Part shown: positions 22,467 to 37,703 of the stretch, in pieces | Layout of the letters: each line of letters begins with the position of its first letter | Numbering within the stretch: position 1 is the stretch's first letter | NCBI GenBank assembly: GCA_977020255.1 | Contig: CDROCS010002266.1 | Span: 1 to 64,000, forward strand | Length of the DNA: 64,000 bases | Origin: Obrimoposthia wandeli | Taxonomy: Eukaryota | Reading direction: 5' to 3' | Notes under the pieces: generated by a model | The model's database searches: none | What the model was told of the DNA's origin: nothing | The model's input: the letters and a program-made list of their open reading frames with translations, nothing else | Made by a program: the position numbers and the translations under genes

Positions 22467-25400
22467 AATGAGAGAGCGGAGAGGGTTACGAAGTTGGATA
22501 TAATATTGACTTGGGATGAATGGACGGAAGCACGGAATACGGAAGAGGATTCAGACAAGAGAAAGAGGTATAGGGATATCGTACGAAGATTCAGTGACCA
22601 GAAGAACAGAGAGTTAGAGCAGGCGGTGGAAAACAAAGACCAATTCAAGATAAAGGAGAAAAAGAGTGAAATAACAAAAGCAGAAAAGGAATTTGAGGTT
22701 AGAACCACAAAAGAGTCAAGAGAAAATAAAAATCAAGAATCAAGAGAAAATAAGTCAGGCCAAAATGTGTGGAAGGTACTAAAAAAGATTAGTATCCCGT
22801 ATTTCTTTGATTGAAAGTTGGAGGGCAATATTTGGTACTGTGATCGCTCAGACCAATGCGCCAAAGCAAGAAAAGATGCTGCAGCTGATGGACTATGTGA
22901 GGCGGGAACCTTACAGGTTAATTCAAAACCTTGGGTTCAAGGATGCAAGTTACGATGAAGCTTTAAGATTGCTAGAAGAAAGGTACGGAGGAAGGGAAAG
23001 AAATTATAGAGGTTTGATGGACGAAGTTGAAAAGTTTAGAGTGATAAGATGGAGAGAAGACCAAGATCTGGAAGCCTTATACAATTAATAAACAAGATAG
23101 TAATCAGAGCAAGAGAAGAAGACAACAAGGGTGATCTTGGAAATGGGATTATGTTCAACAAGCTGTTGAGGAAGTTGCCAATTTTAGGAGTGATGGATTG
23201 GACGAAGTGGATCCAACAAAACGGGGAGAAAGAGAATGTATGTACGTTAAAGATATGGGCCCAGCAAGAAAGTGAGAATCCAAGAAGAGCCAATGAGGTT
23301 AATGGAAGTCGTGAGAATCAAAGAAGGCGAGCCAGTGACGTTGAAAAACCCAGGAGATGGAACAATGACACACGTCATTACACTCCACATTATTTGTGAA
23401 TAGTAAAGGAAATGGAAAACGGTTATAAACCAGTCCACAAAAGTCGAAAGAAAGGCATAATGTGCAAAATGTAAAGCCAACCACTATACTGATCAATGTG
23501 AGCAGATTAAACAGTTGACAGTGGCAGCGAGGCAGAAGTGGGTCAAGAGAGAGAAAATATGCAAGAATTGCTTACGCAGTAATCACACGGTGGAGAAGTG
23601 TAGATTTAATCAGTTATGTCGGACATATGGATGCCACGAAAAGAATCACTAGTTCTGCATGATAAAGGGGGGCAAAGAATAGTAGGTCAAACAATGGTAA
23701 TAAAAGACCGACAACAGAAGGCACGCGCATTCAAAGCGTTAAGGACAGTGCCAGTGATATTAAGAAGAAAAGGCATTGAAACATGTGCGAACGCACTTTT
23801 AGATGACGCTAGTACCCTATCATATATAAGTAAGGAATTAGCTTGCACTTTGAGAGCACGAGGTACAAAAATAGAACTACCTGTGGGAGTTATTGGTGGT
23901 GAGGTGTGTAAGTTAGACTGCGAAGAGATAGAAATTAGCAGCAGATATGGGAAAATTAAACGAGTAGTAAAGATGTTGACGCTAGAGGAAATTGCTGATA
24001 GTTTAGAAGTGATAAACTGGTCTGAAGAATCATCTTACTGGCAACATTTAGCAGGTATTGAATTTTCGAATTCAGAGTCCCAGAAGAAGGTGGATATACT
24101 GATTGGAGCTGATAACCTCGACTTATACCGATGTATTAAAGAAGTAGTAGGTCCACATGATGCACCAATTGCGAGATTAACACCACTAGGGTGGACATGT
24201 GTTGGACGAGTAAAAAGACAAACGCAGTCAATCAATCGACATGTGCTATACACTATTCAGTAAGGAAGAAGTTGATATAGATTTAAGACGATTCTGGGAA
24301 GTTGAATCTGTTCCTGACGGAAATAGGAAGATAAATCACGATGAGTCTCAATTGCTACACTTATCAAGAGCAGAAGTGGTACATGAGAACAACTGCTATG
24401 AAGTCAAGTTGCCATGGAATGAGAAAAAAATCCGAAATGCCAATGAATAGCTCCATGGTCAAAAGAAGGTTAAATAGTCTCATCCGAAAGTTGGATAAGG
24501 ATCGTTTATTAAAAGACGACTATTCAACGGTAATAGAAAATTATATGACTAAAGGGTACATAAAAAGTTAACGTTAGATGAAGAGAAAGAAACTAAGTGG
24601 TTACTACTTCACTTCCCAGTGATAAAACGGGGGAAAATACAACAAAAGTTAGATTAGTCTTTGACGCAGCGGGAAAAAGTAATAATATGAGTCTAAATGA
24701 GGCAATCCATTGTGAACCCAAGTTCCAAGGAGACCTTATAGCAATTCTTCTGCGATTCCGAAGGAATGCAATAGCATTAGTATGTGACATTTCAGAGATG
24801 TACTTACAGATCAAGATATGTAAGGAAGACCGGCCATGGCTAAGGTTCTTATGGAGAAATAGAGAGAACCAGAGGAAAATGTATGAATTCCAGAGAGTAG
24901 TCTTTGGAATAAACGCCTCACCGTTCTTGGCTCAACTGGTAACCAGAGTAAACGCAGAAAATTTTAAAGTGAAGTATCCAAGAGCCAGTGAGACAATTTT
25001 GAAATCAACTTACATGGACGATAGTCTAGATTCAGTGTCTTCAGTAACCGAAGCAGATAAGCTAAAAGATAAGTTGGTGGAAATATGGGGGAATGCAGGG
25101 ATGATTGCAAGAAAGGGGATTAGCAATAGCCCAGAGGTTAATAAAAAATACCCCTTTCAGAAAGAGCAAATGTCTTACATATAGATGACAAAGAGTGTAA
25201 CTTAACAGTAAAGACATTAGGCGTACACTGGGATGCTAAATCCGACAAAATTTTCATAGTGACAAAATTTGAAGAAGTCGACGACATAACCAAACGATCT
25301 TTCTTAAGTCTTTTATCAAAAGTGTTTGATCCATTAGGTTTTGTTAGCCCGATAATCATCAGAGCCAAAATTATTATTCCGGAAGTCTGTCTTACAGGGT

Positions 25401-27560
25401 CGGATTGGGATCAAAAAGTAAATCAAGAATTAACTAAGAGAATAGTACAATAAATAGCGGATTGTAAGCGACTGAAAGATATCAAAATTCCGAGATGGAT
25501 GATAACGAGTGAAAAACTGCAAGAAATTCACGTATTCGTGGATGCCTCGACTACTGCGTATGGTGCCGTTGCATACATGCGTAATGAAGACACAGGCAGA
25601 GTGACGATGCGATTGATGGCAGTTAAGAGTATAGTTGCCCCAGTGAGAATAAAAAGTGTACCCATATTAGAGCTGATGGCTGCAGTGATTGGAGTGAAGT
25701 TAGCGCAAACGATATGGAAGGCCTTAAATTTAACGGAGGTAAAAACAACATTTTGGTCGGACAGCAAGAACGTATTATGGTGGATACGCCAGCCGGGAAG
25801 AGACTACAATCCCTTGTAGCCAACCGAGTGGGGATGATCCAAGAGAATACCGATATAAAGCTCTGGAGGTATGTGTCCACGAAGCTAAATCCAGCAGATA
25901 TACTATCGCGGGGAGTCGATGTACGGCTATTGATTGATGAGACAATTTGGTGGGAAGGACCGGAGTACCTAAAGGAACAGAAAGAAAATTGGCCAGTTAA
26001 TTTAGACGTAGAAGAAATACAGTCAGATAAAGAGTGAAAAAGAGACGGTACAAGGAGGTAAAGATGTTCATACAGGAAGGAAACTGTTTCCAGATAGAGA
26101 CTTATTCCGACTTGACGAGGTTGAAGAGAGTCTTAGTTTGGATACTACGATTTGCACGAAATATAAAGTTACCTCAAAATCGCAGACTTGTAGGCGAGCT
26201 GAAGATGGATGAGGTGGAAGAAGGGATGCAGTGGTTGATAAAGCATGAACAGATTCAGTACTTCTGCAAGTAATACCAAAGGTTGATAAAGAGGAAAGAG
26301 ATTGAGAGAACAAGCTCCTTGCTCAGGTTGAAGACGTGGGTGGATGAAAAAGGGATAATCAGAGCCAATACCCGAATTATTAATGCGGAGTTTTTAGATA
26401 ATGACACAAAATATCCCATAGTGTTATCGAAAAAAAGAGTTGACTGACTAGATTAATCATAAAGGATACACACAAGAAGTTACGACATTACGCCGGGGTA
26501 AAGCATATACTGAATGTAAGCCAAAATAAATATTGGATTCCTAAAGTACGAAGAGTAATCAAAGAAATAGAGCAAGAATGCTTAGACGGCAATAAAAGTA
26601 AAGCCACAGGGATGGTCGAAGAGATGGTCCCATTGCCGGGATTCAGATTCGAACAACCGTTAAGGGCCTTTGCAAACGTCGGAGTGGACTTTGCAGGACC
26701 ATTCATCACAAAACAAAGACGGGGAGAGTGAGGACTAAGAGATACCTTTGCCTTTTTACATGCCTGCAAGAGCGGGACATTCAATTAAAGGTGGCTTATG
26801 GTTTGGATTTCGATGGGTTTATTAGGACATTAAAAAGATTTATAGGAAGAAGAGAAAGACCACAAATGAAAATATTGGATAATGGCACAAATATTGTGGG
26901 GGTGGTGAATGAAGTGAGCGAATTGGTACGGGATGGTTATCGGATTCAAAAAGAGTTAGTAAAGGAGGAGATACGTTGGGTCTTCAACCCACCACATGTA
27001 CCACATTTTGGAGGGGTCTTTGAGATCATGATAAAATGTGCAAAAAGGGCTATATACCGGATACTAAGAGGAGCCGAAGTGGCAGACGAAGAATTACAAT
27101 CAGTGTTCATCGAAGCTGAAAGCCTTGTAAATTTTAGGCCCATTGGAGTTAAGAGCATGGATGCGAAAGAGAATGAGGCGCTTACACCCAACCATTTTTT
27201 AATAAATCAGGCGTATGCTGAGACGAAGTTTGGGAGCGATGAAATAAAGTCGAAGCACAGATGGAAGTTTGTCCAAAGGTTAACCAGTATGCTATGGAAG
27301 CGATGGATGGAGGAGATTGTACCCATGTGGGCAACGAGACAGAAGTGGCATGACGCACGCACACCGTTACTGATCGATGACATCGTGTGGATAATAGAGA
27401 AGCAAGAGGAGAGAGGTAAATGGAAATTAGGAAGAGTGGGAAAATTAGAGACAGGAGAGGATGCAAGGTGAGAGTAGCAAAGATTAGGGTGGGAAGTAAG
27501 CTTATAGTTAGAGTGCTACATAGCGTGTGTAGATTAGATTGGGTATTTTGAGCTGGTTTA
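21795..27560 (+). mobile_element. Bel/Pao LTR retrotransposon gag-pol, decayed
   Basis: Gag (EKMLQLMDYV...LLEERYG), Cys/His knuckles (CAKCKANHYTDQC, CKNCLRSNHTVEKC), protease ALLDDASTLSYIS, RT KVRLVFDAAGK, ILLRFRR and YMDDSL, Pao RNase H HVFVDASTTAYGAVAY, and integrase GVDFAGPF, DNGTN, PHFGGVFE and LTPNHFL. Confidence 0.95.
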
Positions 27561-29088
27561 TAATTTGCTCATTGTTATCATTCTGTCAATGCTGAATAAT
27601 GAAAGTAAGCATGTGATTGGGCGATAATGATGAGTAAAGAGGTTATAGAACGTTAAATAGAATACCAGCCGTAGATTGATCATGTCTGATCAAATGGGAA
27701 AGAATGTTGAAGAACCTCCGAAAGAATTAAATATATTAAAATATTTTTAAAAATATAAATTCAATAGTGGGCAGTGAGATGACGATGATGGATGGGTAAT
27801 AGATCTGGTAATGGAGGTCATCTTTTTATAGGAGTATCAATGTATATTAGAGTATTTTTTTTATGTGTTTTACCAAGTTAATAATAAAAAATCCTTGGTT
27901 ATTATTATTTAAAAATGTTATCGATTTTATGGTATCTATGTTACTAGACCAATGTTGATGAAGAAGTTTAATAAAGAAGTTAAAGACGAAGTTATTATTG
28001 ATACCTTCCGAAACAATAGTTATAATGTACTCACCGATATTGTACTTTCAAATATAACGTACTTATAAGACATTTTTATAATGTTTAAAACATATTTTCG
28101 ATTGTAACTACCACATTCCACGGTTTTAAAGTGTTCTAAAGTTGAGTTTTATTGAAAATTAATATATAATTCAATTTAAAATCTAATGAACTATTGAAAC
28201 TTTTTACTTTAATGCTATAAAAAATAAATAGAAAATAAAAATACTGTATTTTTATTTTTAATCGAGAAATCGAGAAAAAAAATCAACAAAAAGGCAGAAG
28301 CTGATTTGTTGAGTCAACCGATACAGAAATGCTGTTAGAGTTCTTGAATCTCTTGGAAAAAACATTATAAACTTTATATTTTGAATTGGAGTGAATATTG
28401 TTTTCATTACAATCTTAAATATTTTACATGTTAAATTTATTTACTAATCAAATAACGTAAACGATGTATATAGAACTCTATTATAACGTACTAACATTAT
28501 GTTATATCGGGTTATAATGTATTAAAAATATAAATGTGTCGTTATTAAAATGGCATTATATTATGTTCATTAAAAATGTATATATATTTATATTCCTCGT
28601 TTCATTTTTATAAAGCTTTTATATTATTAGAATTAAATATTTCTTCCGGTTGAATTCTTTTGATTTTTTCATTAGTACTACTAAAGCCTATTTTCGTTTG
28701 TGAAAATTATTTATTTAAATTTAATTGAACATAAGTGCTTAGAAAAAGTTTTAAATTGAAATTAAAAATGAACAACATTCTTTGAATTATTGTTACGTTG
28801 TTTTTTGTTGAGAACTTTCTTTATATAACACAGATATATAAAAATTAGCTCAGACAAAATCACACGATTAGTTTTCTAAGCAAAATCTAAGTCTTCATTT
28901 TATATAGCTGCTTCTATGTCTTTTATCCAATCGTTCTAGCTCAAATTTGCTGATTTTTCTCTCCTCTGTTATCTACAAATCAGACATTTTCGCCCACTGC
29001 TTCTGCATAAATTCATAACCAATCACATAATTCGTTCTAGCAAACTTAAAACGCAGTGAAAATTACAACTGCAGTCAAAGATCGAACA

Positions 29089-30617
29089 ATGAACTTCAAA
29101 TTCAGCGTAGACGCATTACTTAGCAACAGCTACCATATCGAAAATAGGCAGGACAAACGTAAGTAAAATTAAGTTTCATCATAATGGTAAATTTCGAAGG
29201 ATTATTAATTAATAATTTTCTGGACTTCATCTTGATTTATATAATTTTTTTTACGACAGTAAAACAATAATTATGCAGCAATTAGCTATCACTTATATTG
29301 TGTTAAAATAAATGTATCATGTACATTTCAGTTATTGTAACCGTAATCTTAATATTTAAAAAGAGCATATTTTATGAAATGCACGGGAAAATTCCTTAAA
29401 GTTAAATAAAGAAATCGTGTTTAACAATAATTTGTTTTATATTTGATAAAAATAAATATATAATTTTTATTTCATAAGTTTATTATTGGGTTTATTTAAA
29501 ACATATTTTTGTCATATATATAGAAAATGAAAAAATATGATTGTATAAATATATTGTATAAAGGCAATGCAAATTTATTTTTAACATATTTTAAAAATTT
29601 TAAATATTTTACAATCTCATCAAAATAGAACTCTAAAAATATGTAAAATTATAGTTAAATTTAATATCATGTTATCTTTAAATTAATTTTATTTTGGATG
29701 AAATAATTTCAAAAGCTCTAACCAAAAGGCCCAGTAAAAATTGAAATAATATGAACCCTAATTATTGAGTAAATAGCATATAATTTAATATAAACAAAAC
29801 AAAAACTTACATTATTTATATGTACACTTAATATACAAATTTAAAAAATAGAACGATAACAATATACAAAAATATATTTTCCTTTCATTTATAATTTACC
29901 ACAATATACTCTTTATAAGTAAAATTTATTTTTATTTTGTAATCGGAATGTAAAACTATTTCTAATATTTTATTTTCCTAGCAGGGAAAATTATTATGCT
30001 GCGCTGTGTAATTTACCTAAATAAGCAGCTACAATAATCCCAAAACACTTACAGTTACAACAAACTGAAAAAAATGAAATTTATTATGAATTGGTATGTT
30101 AATTTAATTGATTTTTTGAATTCGATTCTTTTTCTAACATCTGTGAGTTGCTGTTAATTGGGAATGTCGCGCAGTGAGCATATCTAGCGAAGATGAGGAA
30201 CATGCACTGACGTCGTCATCGGTAACAACAGCGCTTCGAGTCCCACCACAGACGCCAACCTGTTTGACAGATGGCCTAGGCAGCTACTGCTCAACGAAGA
30301 AGAAGCAGCGGAACCTCTTCACCAAGAGCCAGACCTCGATTCTAAGACAGTACTTCAATAAGAAGAACTACATTTCTGCCGCAGAGCGAGAGGCTCTCTC
30401 CATCACGACCAATCTCAGTCCGGAACAGATCAAGATCTGGTTCCAGAACAACCGCTACAAGATGAAGAACAGCTTTAGTTTCCGGGCGCAACGACACGGA
30501 CTTTTAGTGGCCGGGGCAGCCGGCCTGCGGTACCATAACCATAACCATCACCATCACCACCACCAGCAGCAGCATCAACCTATGCAGCATCAGGTGGGTA
30601 CGGGCCTCACTCTTTAG
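29089..30617 (+). CDS. NK2-class homeobox transcription factor, join(29089..29158, 30175..30617); the 3' end may splice at 30593
   Basis: Exon 1 reads MNFKFSVDALLSN (TN/eh1-like) and ends C|GTAAGT. The acceptor GCAG|TG at 30174 restores the phase. The homeodomain at 30297-30476, KKKQRNLF...IKIWFQNNRYKMK, has the NK2-diagnostic Tyr54. His/Gln-rich tail. Confidence 0.88.
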
Positions 30618-32369
30618 CGTTGACATATATATTTTTCTGTATTAGAATTAGAAAAAATGCAAATCTTTCATGTGCAGTTATCGAGTTTTGAAAAATCAAA
30701 CCATAAACATTTTCAGACAATCAAATTAATACATAATAATACATAGGGAGTTTCAAAATTGAAAACTCACTTCATATTTTTAATTATAAGTTTTCCAAAA
30801 AATTTATTTTTGTTAATTTTATTATAATGATCAAAAATTGCGTATGAGGGTAATATTAAAAAATATTATAATTATCTAGCCAAATTACTAAATTCTAAAA
30901 CATTTTGTAATGCATTAATTAATTGAATTAAAAATTTTAAACCCATCCTAAATTTCATGTAAAGATCAAATGAAAAAAAACAACTAAAATAAAAATTACT
31001 TTACACAATCTCTTAAGTGGTGAATTTAAATTTAAAATTTAGATTCTTTCAAATAGTACTGTATTTTGTAAAAACTTTTTTATCTCCAAGATGTTCTGAT
31101 ATTGTAGTTTTTTAATATATTCTTTTGGTTAAAATCCTGTAAACATTTTCAAATATGTTTCGATCTAAAAAATGAACTGACCCATGTAAAATTTAAAATA
31201 AAAACTCCTACCCAAACCTGAATATCTCTAGACGTGGGGAATATTATCTTGCTTAAAGTAACTTACTTCCTGTTTGAATATTGTTTATAATGCTTCTGCT
31301 AACATATTCACATCAAAGTTTGGATTAATTCCGCCACCAACAAACCCTAAAGCGCATAATCTGGAGTATGAAATGAACCCCACGTCATTTTCCCATGCAG
31401 TATATGCCAAGAGTAGTGACAACCAGATAGATCATCAAGGTTGAAGCGGTTCTCATCAATGAACATTTTAGATTCGATTTTTAATTCTCCACTTACTAAT
31501 TTCTATTCTGTTTTCTTTGGCTGCTTTTTCATATTCAATTATTTGAATATAGTTGATTTTTTTACATTACAGTTGAGTGACGAGGAATTGTTGACAGTCC
31601 AGCAGTTTCACACAATGAAATGTATATAAAGAAAGATTTATAAATTTAGTAAATTGGCAAGATTTTAAATTATTTTATTAATTCCTTTTTTTAAGTAAAC
31701 GCTATTTTTGATAATGATCAGCTAATTTACCTTTGTAAATAATGAGCTGCATATATATTTAAAGTTGTTATTTTTTATTCATAATATAAATAAATCTGAT
31801 GACAAATTTATATATATAATAAAACTCATATTAAATCGATTTAATAGTCTTTTAATTGGAAATAACTAATTTATAAGTTGAATCAAACATTTGACGTATT
31901 CTGTAATTTTGATATATTGTTCTATAAATACAAAATATTTAAATTCTTCATGTCTCACATTTTGAATGTTGAAAAACAAATTGAAAAAAGCAAAAAAAGA
32001 ATAATAATAAAATGAAACAAATTTGAAATAAAAACTGATTAAAAGATAATTTATTTGAATTGATGAATGAGTTATGAAAGAGGAATTTGATCTTCTGAAA
32101 GAGGGTTTGAGTTTTTATATCCTTTTATTTCATGATTCTTCGACACCCTTAAAATAGCTTAGGTGGATTATTGAAATAATCTAACTCAGGATTTCTCAAA
32201 CTTTTCTAACCTTAGTTAAAATTGCTGTGTTCCTATAGCGGTGGGAAGATAGTAAAAGAGAAAATTTTGAATCAATAATTTGTTAAAAATGCAAATTTTA
32301 TTTGAACAAGTAAAGTAACACAAAAGTAAAAAAAAAACGAACTTTCTAACCTTCAACTAACCTTCATGC

Positions 32370-33290
32370 TATGTCGCAGCTGATTTCTGCATTGTCGTCC
32401 AAATTCATATTTATGCACGGTTTGCTGTAGGAATATAAAACCACAGAGAAGTCCCTTTCAGCCACGGTGAAAGTAGGGAGGTTTGTGATAGAAGTTTCTA
32501 CTGCTTTGAAAATGTGGGAAATTTTGTGAAGCTACACAGGTTGATAAATAACATCTACTATTTTCGTATTATGAAGATTGTCAGTATTGTAAACTCAGTT
32601 AGATCTTCAAATCGGCGTTCAAAGTTAGTGGACAGAAGCTGCAAGTGCTACAGGCACTCATAATACTTTTACCGGTTTTGAGATAAAATTAAAAAATTTT
32701 GTTCGTTAAAATTATTTTTATCTAATTTACATTTAAGCAATAGTTTAATAAAATATTTTTAATAAATTACACAAAGTACTATTTCATTTTAAATATTTTT
32801 GTTATATATTTTAAATTATTTTATATAATTTTTTGTATTTCTTTAAAAATAATATTATTATATATTTTGTAAATAAAATTTATTTTAAGTTTGTATAATA
32901 ATTATAAGTCATTTAAAATTTTAATTGTCTATCAAAACAATACTAAACAGTTTTTACATTTTTTAAAAAATGTGTAAAACTTTTATATCTGCCATGCTGC
33001 AAAATGGTGCTTTGTTAATCCACAATTTTGCACATATTACAGTGGGGGAAATGGTAATAACTACCAGCACTAACACGTGCTCTCCACAAGAATACATTCT
33101 TTATAAATTATTTAATTTGTCGCTTAGCATCTGGTTTTGAAGTATTTTTCTGCATTGTCATACTTAGTTCATTTAGTTTAGCAAAATTTGCCTCCAGCTA
33201 CAAGATTTTGTTTTCATTTTAAGCTGTTTCTCCATGAGAAGTCATCAATTTTTCATAGATTCTAAGTCTTTCTTTGATCATACAGGGTGA
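32370..33290 (-). mobile_element. hAT transposase remnants
   Basis: ANFAKLNELSMTMQ...FIKNVFLW...YYHFP (33040-33290), plus LLSTNFERRFEDL and LPTFTVAERDFSVV, which resembles the dimerisation domain (32370-32680). Confidence 0.6.
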
Positions 33291-33308
33291 CAACTCTAAA
33301 GTAGAGAT

Positions 33309-33853
33309 TTAAAAATGTAATAAATCAAAAAATAAATAACGAATTTTGAAAACCATTTTATTTTTGTCAAATTTAACAATTAACATTGGCTTTTTTATTT
33401 TATAGAGTTCAATATGTTTTCTATGTTCTTCAATTACACGATGAAGACGACCGTGATAATTCTCAAAAAACAATAGAAGCCTTATCCGCTTCACTTAGTG
33501 ACTGTACAGTTTGTATTTTATATGGATGATATTCATGGTATTCATACAGTTTCACACAGTTTCATCTGATTCAATATCATCTAATGATTCACCTGAACTC
33601 TTTAGTGTTTTTTTCGTTTTCTTTTTGCATCTAAAACCCTTTTTGTTGCCATAAGCGTTTTATACCACTTCTTAATACATCTTTCATGAGGAGATTGCAC
33701 ATTTTTACGATACACATATCTATATTTTCTTCGAACTGAAACAACACTTCCACAAATTTCATACCAAGCTGCACTTTTGGCTCTTTGTTCAGTTGCACAG
33801 AATTTGCCATAAATATCGCACTTCGTTTTAAATATTACGTTTTTAGTTTTCAC
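33309..33853 (-). mobile_element. Internally deleted mariner-like transposase
   Basis: The N-terminal HTH TEQRAKSAAWYEICGSVVSVRRKYR...IKKWYKTLMAT is joined almost directly to the C-terminal FFENYHGRLHRVIEEHRKHIE. Confidence 0.65.
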
Positions 33854-34329
33854 ATAAAATATGAAGCATAAAATACCAGAAGAAGTGAAGAAATAATTAA
33901 TATAAGACTTAATTTATACTTTTATAAACAATTTCAATATATTTATGCAATAGTTAAAGAGAAATATTTTAATTGATAGATAAAGCTAATTTTGGTTGGA
34001 CAAAATTATTGCACTTGTTTGTTTTGCCAATTTTTTCAGAGTATTATGACATTTCTTAATAATGTTAATTTATATATTTATTTAACAGACAATTTATTTT
34101 ATTATATTTTTTCTTTTAAATAAAATAAAATAAAAATGAAGAAAAATATAAGATGGACAGCCATATTTATGTTTGAGCAGAGAAAAAGTCCCACATACAT
34201 TTCAAAATGTCTCAAAATTCATCAAACTATCGCAAGATGGAAATTAACTAAAAATGAATACAGGAAACATTGTTGATCCTCTAAGAATCTATAGAAGATG
34301 CAAAACAACAATAAAAGAAAGAAGAATTA

Positions 34330-35120
34330 TTTGTATAGTTTCAGTTAAAGATCGTTTTTAGATTACTTTAGAGATAAATGAGAAGGTTACTTTGGAAAAT
34401 AATAATTCGTTAAGAACTAATAGAAATATTTTATTTGAAAGGGTTTCATTTTCACGAAAAAGTGCTGTGAAGACAGAGATATCGTTAAAAAATAAAAGAA
34501 TGAGAATATCGTTTGCGATTAACTGTGTGCAAAATTCAGTTGAAAACTGGAAAACATCATTTTTAACAGATGAATCCTGGATAACAAAGAACTTATACGT
34601 TAGTAAATTAGTCAGATGACATACTAACTAAAGATTTGTTTACCGATATGATTTAAAATCGGGATATATGCCACTTACTCTATTTTGTTATAGGTGCTAT
34701 CAAAGGAGACGGATAATGAACCTTAGTGAAATGTCCGATTGGGTTAGATTCAACGAAATACATATGTGTTTTAGAACGTGGACTTAATAACTTTTACGAT
34801 GTAAATAACGTCTTTATGCAAGATAGCAGTAGTTGACATACATTCGCTATAACTATGGATTACTTTGAAAATTCGCAAGTTATGTTAATGTTGGATTAGC
34901 TCACAGAATCACCAGACATTAACATAATTGAAAATTTGTGTGCAAGCTTGAAAAAGAATCTATCGACATAAAAAACCTTTTCTAAAATTGATTCAAGATG
35001 TCTTATATTCCCGGAATGGACCGAAATGGCGAATAATACAATAAATACACTTTATGCATCTCTACCCCGATATGTTAGTGCCATAAGAGCTTTAAACGGT
35101 TACCAAACAAAGTATTAATG
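34330..35120 (+). mobile_element. Tc1-like transposase remnant
   Basis: KNKRMRISFA...WKTSFLTDESW and FMQDSSS*HT...ESPDINIIENLCASLKK (DD34E-type catalytic region). Confidence 0.8.
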
Positions 35121-35590
35121 CTGTATCTTAAATAAATGTTTCCATTATATTTCTATGATTTTCTTTTGCATGAAGATTTATAAAAACGTGCAATAATTAT
35201 GACCACGAACAATTTGAGGTCTTTTCTTCAAATGGATTTTTTATACAAAATTATGAATTTATATTAAACTTAGTATTTTATCACATTTTTAATTATTTAT
35301 TGAATATAGTTTTAATAAACATTTTATCAATTAGGTATTTTTAAGAAACTTATATATCATTTCATAACTATGGATTACTTTGAAAATTCGCAAGTTATGT
35401 TAATGTTGGATTAGCTCACAGAATCACCAGACATTAACATAATTGAAAATTTGTGTGCAAGCTTGAAAAAGAATCTATCGACATAAAAAACCTTTTCTAA
35501 AATTGATTCAATATGTCTTATATTCCCGGAATGGACCGAAATGGCGAATAATACAATAAATACACTTTATGCATCTCTACCCCGATATGT
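34849..35590. repeat. 227-bp direct duplication (34849-35075 and 35364-35590)
   Basis: Near-identical copies offset by 515 bp; one difference seen (TCAAGATG vs TCAATATG). Confidence 0.92.
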
Positions 35591-37703
35591 GAAAGACATT
35601 TTCTAAAAAACTCGAATTAAATGTTAATCCTAATACTTACTGAAAAACAAAATAATTTGACCTTCAATAAATACTTTTTAGTTTAAATAAATATCTACCT
35701 TTAGAATTGTTATTGTTACCCTGTATTTATCTCTTGTTTGTTCTTAATAGTGACTGGAATTATTGAATTTTTGAGTTGACGTTCCTCACTCCCACGCCTG
35801 TGCTGCTGTTTGATGAGGGTATTGATAGTTCACCAATGTTCTTAAAGGACGCTTTGACGGCGAACAAGGTCAACTATCATCTGGCGACCTTGGGGCTGTT
35901 GGGAGTTCAAGGTCACAGTCAAGCGGATTCAGTATGTGGAGCTGTGACTGCTGGGTGGCGGGAAAGACTCAGCGACTGCTTCTCAAAGATGCAGCAACAC
36001 CAAGACGGGCCCAGTAACGCCAGGCAGCAGTGGTGTGACCTTCTAAGTGGGCCTCAGAACCCTCTCGAGCAGCCCGGCATCGGCAAGATATACCCCCTTT
36101 CCAGTTGGATGTGACTCAGCCGAGACTTGAGACAGATTTGTGATCAAGATTTGTATTATACCACGCTTTATTTTACCTCACGATTTACTCCATCGCGACA
36201 TTCTGTGAGTTTTTGGGCCCTTTTAGAATAGAAACATCTAATCAATTGTCCTCAACGTTTGTGTGAATATTTTTAAATAAAAAAATCTCTCAATAATATC
36301 ACTAAATTATTGTTATGAAAGTAAATCAATTGCATATTTAACTGTCTTTAGTATTCAATAATCAACATATTTTAGGTTTGCAATATTTAAAGACTTTTTC
36401 TTCCGAAAAATGATATATTTTCACATTTATCAAAATTAGAAGTAATAAAATTATGAAATACAACCTAGCAGTTTGGTGGTGGCATTTTAATTATTTGCAA
36501 TTGAACGAATAAAGTGCTAAGAATATTATTTGTTGTCGTTTCGGGTTAGAAAATGTACGAAAGTTAAGCTTTTGTTACACAATTGTGTATATACAAAATA
36601 ATTGATTTTTATTAATTAAAATTAAAATTTATTGAAGTCAAAATCAGGAATCAAGATAGAGTAATTTTAAAAAAAGTGTATTAAAATATTATTAATTATA
36701 TTTACAATTTTCAATAATTTTAAAATGCAAAGTCTAATTAAAATAATTACTTAATTAAGTTGCATCTAAATATATAATTTTGTAAAATACTTTACAAAAA
36801 AAAAGTTAGGAAATATTTTGTTACTGCTAAACAAAATACGAAAAAGGCAAATATAAACAAGAATTAAAATTAAATGACTGATATTTATAGTCTGAGTCAA
36901 GGACGGGTAAATTAAATAATTTCAAAGTAAAATAGAAATAATCTACACGAAAATTAATTTAAAACTAATTAACCTTAGGTGACATCTGCAACAGAATAAA
37001 ATTTAGTCACCTGAGGCTGACTGAGCGATAGAGTTAATCGACCGATTGTCCCAGAGACTTTTGAAAATTGTGTCCATTGATTGTCGGACCAATGAAACAG
37101 GAAGCAGAAAGATGTCTTAAATGCTGAATGATGCGATTTGTAAAGGATGAACCAATTCCAGACAGAATTTCAAAAATTGAGACGATAAGCTAGACAGCAA
37201 CAATCCCGGACAATCTATGTCATTTTCCCTTCTAAACTCTTGCCAAATTGTTAATATACATGCTTCTAAAACCCACTAATTCCTTCTTCTGAAAAATCTT
37301 AAATCCCCATCTGAAGCTGTTTACCGGTTATATTTCTCTTCTGAAACAAACCCATCAGTAGGGAGATATGATGACTTCGACACAAAGGAAAAGGTATCCC
37401 CCGGAGGAGGGAGAGGGGGAAATTATCCCGAGTACGTCAGCGTTCCCATGGCAACCAACACGCACACCTTTGCCATATGTGTGTCTTCCCATGACAACCA
37501 ATTCTCCCGAGTACGTCAAAGTTATTTGAAGATCATTCTTTTGTTTAAACGCGTCAAAATCATTTTTGTTTAAACGCATCAATATTTGCGCGCGCCAAAT
37601 TCAAATTTTCAAGATCAAAAATTCAACAACAAAAGAATTTCCAAATCTTATTTAAAGAAATTTCAACTACTTTTATTTGAGAGTAGAAAAAGATTTATAA
37701 ATT

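Noticed and set aside
27695-27760. PPT and 3' LTR start of the Bel/Pao element (GGGAAAGAA-TGTTG)
   Set aside because: No matching 5' LTR could be found upstream, so the boundary is unsupported.
31270-31443. Possible third exon of the NK2 gene
   Set aside because: There is a coding-like open stretch (NASANIFTSKFGLIPPP...) and a possible donor at 30594, but no convincing in-phase acceptor was found.
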